Below are positions 55,195 to 64,000 of a stretch of DNA of 64,000 nt, one piece after another (the first letter of the stretch is position 1; each line of letters opens with the position of its first letter). Origin of the DNA: Eledone cirrhosa (taxonomy: Eukaryota); assembly GCA_964016885.1 (NCBI GenBank), contig OZ024742.1:244156001-244220000 (forward strand). Reading direction: 5' to 3'. Under the pieces are notes generated by a model. It was given only the letters and a program-made list of their open reading frames with translations. It was not told the origin of the DNA and did no database searches. A program made the translations under genes and the position numbers.

Positions 55195-55406
55195 GAACGA
55201 GTTGGACCCCGACGGCTGAGCTCAAGCCGTTTCGACAGCTAATTCTGGACTAAATTTAGTCCAGAATTAGCCGCCGAAGCGGCTTGAGCTCAGCCGTCGG
55301 GGTCCTACTCGTTCCTATTACCCATTCTACTACCCTAAGTATTGAGTACTTTGATGCATTATGGTCCACCTGGTTCCTTACCACATTTCCTTCGTTATAT
55401 ATATAT
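55195..55406. mobile_element. 120-bp GC-rich palindrome plus conserved tail (Penelope-like remnant?)
   Basis: 55195-55314 is self-complementary about CTAAA|TTTAG with 4 mismatches; tail 55315-55406 is shared with 26710-26798. Confidence 0.75.
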
Positions 55407-57087
55407 ACCCCAACAATTTATTTTGGCCCTTAAAATTTCAAATTATCATGAATATATTATTTTTTTTATTTGAAACTTTTCTTTTTAATTTGTTTTAAAC
55501 CTAAAGAATAATTTACTAATGTTTGAGAATTAGATGATTTTTCTCAGTTTTACATCATTATTTTAATCTGCTTCAAAATATTTGGACTTTAATTGACTTA
55601 TATTTAACCTATTCTAATTAATTAGTCACCTGTGATTTTGGATACAATTGATGGTGCTTGTTTCCTCGTTTAAAACAAAAATATATTTCAATATCAGCCA
55701 GGGTGAAGATTAATTGATGTTAAAGCAAACTTAGTGAAGTATTGGAGTAATTTAGCAACAAGAACAAACATCAGAGCCAATTTACAAAATGCTCACAATT
55801 AACTTGAATTGCTTTTATTTCTTTTTTTTTTTTTTTGGAAATATTCCAAAATATGCTTACTTCATTCATTTCTGATAATTACAAAACTTCTGAGGTTATT
55901 TGGGAAAATGTATAATTTGTCTTATTGTGTAGTAGTAAATAACATTATCCTTTATTATTTGCCTAAGAAAGTAGGGTAGTGGTGTAGTTTATATTGCTGG
56001 GAGAAACAATTCACATTTTCCCACTCTGTGTCTTAAGCTTTGCCAGCAAAGAAATCTAGGATTTTTTACTTGTTTATTTATTTATTTTTCTTGAATGAGC
56101 TAAGAATTCAGCTGATAATCAAAAGCAATCTATCTGCATAAGAGATGGGGATTGATTGGTGTGTGTAATTAGAAGCAAGAAAGAACACATTTTGCTGCAG
56201 ACAGCAGACAGACTAAGCCTTTATGAATATCTCTGTAACATTAGTGACAGATTTTGTCAAGTCATTTCTCTGTGTAAACTATATTTCTTAATTGTTTCTC
56301 AACCTTCCTATTCATTTGTATTGGTTAATAAAGAAGAAGAAAAAAAGTCTTTTTCTAAATACTGACTGAAAAAATAATTTGATGAACATATTTTCATTAA
56401 GCTAATCAAGGCATCACTTTAGAAAGACATGCAATTTATGTCAGTTTAACCATTAGGGTACCATCAGAGCTACTATTTTAATGCTGAAGTGTTTCATTGT
56501 AAAACAACTCAAAACATTTGTGCTAATATAGGAATTTACACAGCCAACTAACTCATTCTAACACAGCAAACACATACTCCCTCACTTAAGCAAATGGACC
56601 TTAGTTAGCTTAAATCTATAATAACCAACTGTAGTAATAATAATAGTAATTTCTTTTATATATAAGGCTGCAAATTCCTAAAGTTGCTAGAATGTAGGAT
56701 GAAATGCTTTATGGTATTTGTTTCAGTTGTCTGCATTTTGAGTTCAGATCTCTTTATGGTTAACATTGGCCTTTCATCCTTCCAGGATCAGTAATATAAA
56801 ATACCAATTCAAGGTAGTTGATTGGAAGAGTTGCTAGAATGCCAAATGTTATTTGTTTTGGCTCTTTGCATTTTGAGTTCAAATTTCACTAGGGCGGTTA
56901 TCTTAATCCTTCGCCTCGGTCTAACACTATCACCTGGTTCTTGGATATCTTTAGCAGGGTCCACTCTGTTGTGAGCATTTGAACCAGGTCTCTGGTTTGA
57001 GGACCCCCTTCTACCCTTCCACTATTCTTGGAGGCCTTAAAATTGGTTATTAGCATTGCGCTTACTTCTGTAACTAATCAGTAAAAT

Positions 57088-57455
57088 AATAATTGTTTCT
57101 ACTTTTGACACAAGGCCAGTAATTTAGAGGGAAGGGGAAAGTCAATTAAATCAAAGCTGTAAGGATGAAAAGCAAAGCTAACTTTGGCAGAATTTGAACT
57201 CAGACCATGAAGGGGTGTAACTATATGCCTGCAAGCATGTTGTCCAAAGCTCTATTAATACAGCCAATCCATCTAATAATTATTATTACTTCTAACATTG
57301 GCACAAAGCCAACAGTTTTGTGAGAAATTATTGATCTTGTAAAGATAAGAGCCAAAGTTGACCTGGGGTATTTGAACTCAAAACGTAAATAGCTATAACA
57401 AATACCATAAAGGATTTGTTTGGTGCTCTACTGATTCTGTCAATCCACTGCACTT
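57088..57455 (-). mobile_element. Tandem pair of tRNA-SINEs
   Basis: Two reverse-complement units separated by an AAT/ATT run. Confidence 0.8.
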
Positions 57456-57707
57456 TCATTAATAATAATAGTATATTACAGCTGGGGGGAGGGGGGGGCA
57501 CTTTTTAATGATAGCTGTGAATGATTTTGTAAAGAACAAGCAAACTTTCTTTTCAGATAGAATTAAACTTTTTAAAAAGACAAGTATTTGTGTATATTTA
57601 GCAGCTCCTTCATGGGAAAGGTCAAACTAAACATGTTAACACTGATACAGATAAACCCTACTAACCTGTTTTATTCAGAGACACAGGCGGCTTATGTACA
57701 AACACAG

Positions 57708-57740
<33 letters not shown>

Positions 57741-58704
57741 GGAATTACCCCGAAGAAGAATAGACACAAATTTGTTACCTAGATCATTAACAACCATAAC
57801 TGCATATATATAACTGTTATATAATTATATGCATTACTTTTTTTTTGATACTTTTACATTACAAAATCAGGTTTCATTAGTGGCAGTTTAGAATTTTCTC
57901 TCTCACATATACATGTGCACACACACACACATTCATACAAACCCAAATATTGTACTAAAATATTTTAATTGTGAAAGAAAAGCCTAATTTTTTAGGCCTA
58001 CTGAGAAATTTCACATTGTCATATTTAACAACCATTCATTAACTATTATATACTCTCCAGAAAAAAAAAATGAGGAAATAGCTTTATATAAGCTATTGTT
58101 ATGTTTGTGTGTTTCTAAGCATATTTATATTTTTTATATGAAAAGAACTGGCCCAGTGTGTATATATGTGAGTGTGTGTAGCATGTCTAAGAAAGACATG
58201 CTTTTCATTTTTATACTTTTAAAGTTTCTAAGAATCGTGATATATTAATGAATTTAAATTCAGTTATGTTAATCTATTAATTCTGTTCTGTCCATAATTT
58301 TATTTTATTTTATTATATTTTGTTCATTGTACCTCAGTGTTTACTCATTCAAAATACTATATATTTGTGAAAGCTTGACAGATTTAATATTTTGAGCCAC
58401 TCAGTATTCCATATATATACATACATATGCATACACACACACTATGTGTGTGCATGTATGCATATTTATGAATGTATGTATGTAAGTGTGTATCCATGTT
58501 GGACTTAAGGTAAACTCTCCTGATCACCACCAAGTTTTAAGATTATTGATCTTAGAACATTAAAAAGAATCTGAACTGCTTATATTGTAATGTTGAGATA
58601 ATAGTTTTTTTTATCATTCAGATTAATTTAGTCAACAACTTAATACATTAAAGTATTAATAAAGACCTTAAACACTACTATGGGATATAAAATGTGCCTT
58701 GTTT

Positions 58705-58963
58705 TTAACCCTTTTGATACCAAATAATCTCAAACTACCCTTGGTTCTATGATGCATAGCTGTTTATTTTAAAGTGTTTATGTTTATCTAAAAACCTTCC
58801 ATCATAATTTTGTTTAAGAATCTTTCTTATGTTTCAAACACCAGCTTAATAACGAGAAGTTAGTTCTATTACTAAATCCCTCAAAATTCTTGAGTATTTT
58901 CAAAATTATTTGAAAATATTAGGCAATGTGTTTCATTATAAATATGGTAAAAAAAAGAGTTAA
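58705..58963. mobile_element. piggyBac-type MITE, old family
   Basis: TTAA|CCCTTTT...AAAAGAG|TTAA; internally similar to 60511-60770. Confidence 0.7.
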
Positions 58964-59153
58964 AGCAATTTTCTAAATACATAACTCTGTTTGTTTGATT
59001 TTAGTTGCTAATTGATTTTTATTTATTTATTTTTTATTTACAAAAAAAAAAAAAAAAAAATTTTTCCTTCAAAATTCTCAATATTTTATTGACTTTTCCT
59101 TTGATTTTGGGGAAATCCTAATTTGCTTTTGTCTTATTTATTTTTCGTTTTAG

Positions 59154-59252
59154 TGGTTATCCACCCACACCGAATACCCCGGGGTCGACCCCACTCCCTC
59201 TGCCGGGTAATCATGAATACCCTGCCCCATCACCGTCAGCCCTATCTGTTGC
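59154..59252 (+). CDS. ZMIZ1: ZMIZ1-like 99-nt symmetric (phase 2-2) exon, Pro-rich; duplicate of the start of the next exon
   Basis: Long T-rich tract, then tag|T GGT TAT...GTT GC|gtgagt. GC-rich island in AT-rich DNA. Encodes GYPPTPNTPGSTPLPLPGNHEYPAPSPSALSV in frame with both neighbouring exons. Confidence 0.85.
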
Positions 59253-60510
59253 GTGAGTAATAGTGCCTAGATGTTATATCTCCACCAGTATCTGAGAACC
59301 TTGTGAAAGTTATTTTCTTGTATTTTCAATTTCTAGTCAAGCTGTTAAACTTTCACAAGTTCTCATTTATTTGGCTTCATATTTTAATTTTTCATTTGTT
59401 TTTGTTTAATTGTTTTATTTATTACTAACACCACACACACACACACCCATACATATATATATATATACACATATACTTACACATACACACATACTACACT
59501 CATAATGTTCATGTTATAGTTACACCATTATTTTCACACATACGTGTGTGTGTGTGTGTGGCATTGTTAGCATCATTCATACTTAGTTATTAATTACCAA
59601 GCAAAATGCTTAGTAGTTTTTTTAAATGAGGAAAATAATGTTAATATTTCTTACAGTTTTCATGATCTTCAAACTTAAAAGTGTCAATGCTGTTTAAAAT
59701 TCTCATGATAGTTATGATAGTTCCAGTTAATATAAAGAATGACCTTGGGTGGCCTGAATTGAGGCCTGAATTGGTTCCAAACTCTGTAGTAAGACATCCA
59801 TTCTTCTGCAGAAGTTATTGTAAACTTGTCAATTGTCAGAGAATTGACATCACATTTTATGTTTGGGTTTTCTTATGCAACAATTGATGATGAGCAAGAA
59901 ATCTAATATGAATATCTATTGTCAGTTAGACATAGTATCCTAAATATGTTAAAAGTACCATCATACTTTTAAATGTGAGATAATACCAACTCGTGATTCT
60001 ATACTTTATTTGAAATAAAATGAAATAACTAATGTTTCCCCAACATTTTTAGCTTTTCTTCTCTACTATAAGCATATAAAATGAAATACTTCATTCATAA
60101 TCTATGTCAATAGTTTAAGTTACTATTGCAGAAATATCTAGGAAATTGCTTCAGTTAGATAAGATACTATATCTTGAAGGGGCATCTATTTCCTTATATA
60201 TAGATTACATATTTCAATGCAACCCACTTAGATTAAAGACACTCACCCAACCATCTACCTCCCATTTGTATCATCTTAATGGCTAACCTTCCAATCTAGT
60301 GCAGATTGGATTATTCTGCATGATTACTTTTGACCCCATTCCAAATCAATAGTATTTAAGATGAAGAAAATAGGTCTCCTTTAATGACATAATAAGTGTG
60401 GTAACATTTTTGTGCATAAGAGTATATTTAACTGGGACAGACTTAATGGTCGACTGGATCACCACCTAATATGTCACTAAATTCACTTGGATTTCATATC
60501 AAGCACAAGT

Positions 60511-60770
60511 TTAACCCATTTAATATTAACTTGTCTGAAACCATCCTTCTTTTCTCTATAATATGATACTGCTCATTTTGAAGTATTTATATCTAAATTT
60601 AAACTTCCTGGTATCATTTTATGAAAGGCCTTTGGCTTAATTATGTTCTAAACAGAATTTTGATCATAGAGAAATTATTTATTTATACCCATCAATGTTC
60701 TTTATTTTTAAAATTAATTGAAACATGTAGACAATGTCTTTCACTAGAAATATGGCAAAGAAAGGGTTAA
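60511..60770. mobile_element. piggyBac-type MITE, old family
   Basis: TTAA|CCCATTT...AAAGGG|TTAA; shares aattaattgaaac...aaatatgg..aagaaagggtt with 58705-58963 and 15400-15470. Confidence 0.7.
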
Positions 60771-61443
60771 TGCCATATGTTTTACAACTGAAATATCCAG
60801 ATGCCAGTTATCATATTTGAAACCTCGATACATTTTTAGATTACTTTTAGGGTTGGGTCTTTCATACCAGGAAAATTCAAATCATCTTACAATTAGATCA
60901 TATCCACCTACACAAATCATTCCAATGTTACATTTTCTTGATTTAAGCTGCTTTCCCCCACTCTTTTTTTTTTCTTTCTGTATTTCTTGTGCATGATGTA
61001 TGTTTTTAGAGGGTTTTATATATATCATACGGAACTTAACAAAACAGAAAAGCATGAAACATCTAACTGTAATTTTGTTTTCACTGTAAATTATTGCCTC
61101 CAGACTACAAAATAATAATAGTAATAATAATAATAATAATTTAAAAACAAAAATGTTTAAGCTCACCCTAAAAAGATGAATATATGTATTTTGTGTATGA
61201 TATAGAATTTTTTAAAAAATTAGTATTTTATAACAAAATTGTTTGATTTTAGCATATTTGTTTGAGAGTTTAAATTATTATTTAAGACATAGTGTTAATT
61301 AAAATGTCAGAGTTGAATGTGAATATTTGTAGATTTGTAATGTTTTTATATGTATGTTTGAAAATTATTTAAAAAAAAGAAATGTTTTGAACTGGATACT
61401 TCATTTTATTATATATATGGATGTATCGAAAATCATCAAAATG

Positions 61444-61534
61444 AAGTGTTGAGGGAATATGAAAAGCATAGAAAAATGGGAAACTCTAATAAAGTGTTGA
61501 GGGAATGTGAAGTTCATAGAAAAATGGGAAACTC
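61444..61534 (+). repeat. Two-copy tandem repeat, about 49-bp period
   Basis: AAGTGTTGAGGGAAT(A/G)TGAA...CATAGAAAAATGGGAAACTC occurs twice. Confidence 0.85.
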
Positions 61535-63058
61535 AAATGTGAGAAATAGCTGTTAAAACAACCTAATGCCGTTAACAATAACAGCATGAAAGTTGGGTAA
61601 AGATATCCCTAACGAAAGAAAATAACGGCCAGTGGCCACTAGAGAAATAGAAAGTTATGAGGTTGGATGGGTGAAAAGTATGAGTGTTTAATTGAAGACT
61701 AGAAAGAAACAATTTAATATATGTTAAACTTTCAAGGCACTAACCAATAGATTCTTTTTACATTTCCAATTAGCTATATATTCATGAACTATTTTATGCT
61801 AGATAGTTGTGTACAACTCAAAAATAAACATCAGGAGATCTGTTGAACTTTTAAACTTGTTTTCTCTTTGGATTTAAGTTTCCAGTCAGTCCTGTCTGAA
61901 CTATTTATTCAAATTTCAGATCAATAAATTTCCCCTTAAATAAATAGCTGTATTCAAATCTATATGTGTACTGTGTGTCAAGTTTAATGATTTGTTTCAA
62001 TATTATTGAAAATGTTGAGTCTTAAAACATTAAATACATTAGTGTTTCTCAAAAGAATCTTATACATGAGATGAAATGTTATCTATTTTTGATTGTTAGG
62101 TTTTTAGGATATATTGTTGTTTTTTAAGAACTAAATCAATTAATGGCATTATGATTAAACACTTACTTTGTTTTCTTTCTATTGAATAGTAAATTCATAA
62201 ACTACAATACTGCTTCAATAGTTTTAGTCATCTTCCCCATCATTAGAAATTAAATGAAAATTTAATCATTGCATATAAAGTAATATATCATGGGTTTCAT
62301 TAATTCTATGCTATAGCTGTAGTGATTTCCAGAGGTTGACAGAGGAGATGGGACTGTTTGTTGTCTTTGTCCTGTTTTGAATTCATATTCTAAAGACTTA
62401 TGCATCCTTTTTTTTCAAACTATCATATAATAGACATCACACTACCTGGTCTATCTTCCTCTATTCACCTTTCTTCCCTTTTCTATGCCTCAGTGTCATT
62501 CTTGCACATTGAGCTACAATCCATATTATTCTTTTCTGTTTTTCTATTTTTCTCCTCTGGCTAAGCCTTTTTGCACCATTCTCCTCGTTCTTTGTCAGTT
62601 GAGGCATTTTTTTTTCATCTTTATTTGTGTAATTTGTCAAAAGGCATAACTTGTCTTGTCTTTGTCTCTACCTGTTTTGTTATGTCCCAATGTGCACTGG
62701 AATGAACAGTATCAACCTTAATGAACCGAAAGTGTAGTGATTCTCAGAGGTTGACTGAGGAGATGGGACTGTCCTGTGAGTCCTCTCTTTTGTGTGTATA
62801 TATATATATGTGCATGCATATACTTCATTATAGCTGTAAAGCTACATTCAAGACTCAAGGACCTGGAGTTACTGATGTAGCTATCCTATATATATATATA
62901 TATATATATACATTTATATAAGCACATACATACTCCTCTGCTCTGCAAATTAACATAATAATTTCAAAATAAATTTGAACTTACACTGTATTAGAATATA
63001 ACATAAATCTCTCCCCGTCCCCTCTGTTTAAGCTTTAAAATATATTTTCATTTTTCAG

Positions 63059-63299
63059 TGGTTACCCTCCAACCCCAAATACTCCAGGTTCTAACCCTTC
63101 CCAGATGTCCGGCAATAATGAATACCCAGCTGCTCCAGCAGCGCTGTCTGCTGCTCTGGTAGCAGCGGCTGCCACTGCCACAGCTACAGCCACAGCCACA
63201 GCCAGCATGGTAGCTATCCAAGAGCAACAGAACCAGCAGCAACAGATGAATATGAACATGAATATGAACATGAACAATCAGTATGGTCCCCAAGTACAG
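63059..63299 (+). CDS. ZMIZ1: ZMIZ1-like exon with the Ala/Thr-rich (AAAATATATATAT) motif
   Basis: tttttcag|T GGT TAC...GTA CAG|gtattt. Phase 2 start, phase 0 end. Encodes GYPPTPNTPGSNPSQMSGNNEYPAAPAALSAALVAAAATATATATATASMVAIQEQQ...; the alanine-rich motif followed by AxQE is characteristic of ZMIZ1. Confidence 0.95.
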
Positions 63300-63454
63300 G
63301 TATTTTACATTCTTACCATCTCTTACTACTCATAATAAACATTGTTGTTATTAACATGCTAGTGCCTGAGCATTCCACAGACACGTGTATCTTTAATGTA
63401 GTGGTCCCCAAGTACAGGTATTTTACATTCTTACCATCTCTTACTACTCATAAT

Positions 63455-63665
63455 GATTTCTGATTTAGGCACAAGGTCAGCAATTTTGGGGATAGGGAAA
63501 GTTGATTAAATTGATCACAGTGCATTACTGGTACTTTATTTTATCAACCCTGTAAGGATGAAAGGCAAAGCTAACCTCAGCAGGATTTGAACAGGAAAAA
63601 TAAAGGGTTGTATGCAGCAAAGCATTTTGTCCAATGCTCTGCTGATACTGTCAGTCCACTGCCTT
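63455..63665 (-). mobile_element. tRNA-SINE (main family)
   Basis: Reverse complement of the consensus. Confidence 0.85.
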
Positions 63666-63699
63666 TAATAAAAGTTGTTGTTTTTGGACTTTTGTTGGG

Positions 63700-63985
63700 A
63701 CTGATGACACATTTTTCTAGTTCTTTGAACAGAATAGCCTGCCTGCGAAATTAACATGCAAGTGCCTGAGCATTCCACAGACCTTTAATGTAGTTCTCAA
63801 GGAGATTCAGTGTGATAAGGCTGGCTCCTCGAATTACAGGTATAACTCAATTTTTCCAGTTGAGTAAACGAGAGCAACAATAAAGTGTCTTGTTCAAGGC
63901 CACAATGTGCTGCCCAGTTTGAGAATTGAACTCATGACTTTACGATGCTGAGTCCAACACTTCAACCACTAAGCCACATGCCTTC
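63700..63985 (-). mobile_element. tRNA-SINE, second family
   Basis: Homologous to 51190-51338; A and B boxes on the minus strand. Confidence 0.8.
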
Positions 63986-64000
63986 ACTCATAATTACATG

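Noticed and set aside
52045-55314. RT plus nearby hairpin as a retron-, DGR- or CRISPR-RT-like system
   Set aside because: The RT is a eukaryotic RTE non-LTR type with its own 3'UTR and tail; the palindrome belongs to a separate repeat family 820 bp away; there is no repeat-spacer array.
63048-63293. Antisense ORFs over the Ala-rich exon
   Set aside because: Shadow frames of low-complexity codons on the coding strand.

Overview
AT-rich, repeat-dense animal genomic DNA. The SINE families, RTE LINEs with (TGA)n tails and very long TA/TG microsatellites suggest a coleoid cephalopod, probably Octopus; this is inference, not a database result. The window lies inside a large + strand ZMIZ1/Zimp10-like gene (ZMIZ family). 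Four phase-compatible internal coding exons are readable: 26967-27102, 46527-46793, 59154-59252 and 63059-63299. The first exons and the SP-RING domain are not visible and probably lie outside the window. The rest is intron filled with TEs: a young 5'-truncated RTE LINE with an uninterrupted RT ORF, decayed RTE and CR1-type copies, a Tc1/mariner relic, piggyBac-type TTAA MITEs, a non-autonomous Helitron and about 20 tRNA-SINE copies. Most notable are (1) a 99-nt frame-preserving exon that is a diverged duplicate of the 5' part of the next exon, (2) a duplicated 5' splice site creating a phase-compatible candidate 16-nt micro-exon, (3) a minimal hammerhead-ribozyme motif in a Penelope-like inverted repeat, (4) a C4HC3 PHD finger inside the RTE reverse transcriptase, and (5) several long fold-back palindromes. 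The long YI/VC/HT-repeat ORFs in the ORF track are microsatellite artefacts.
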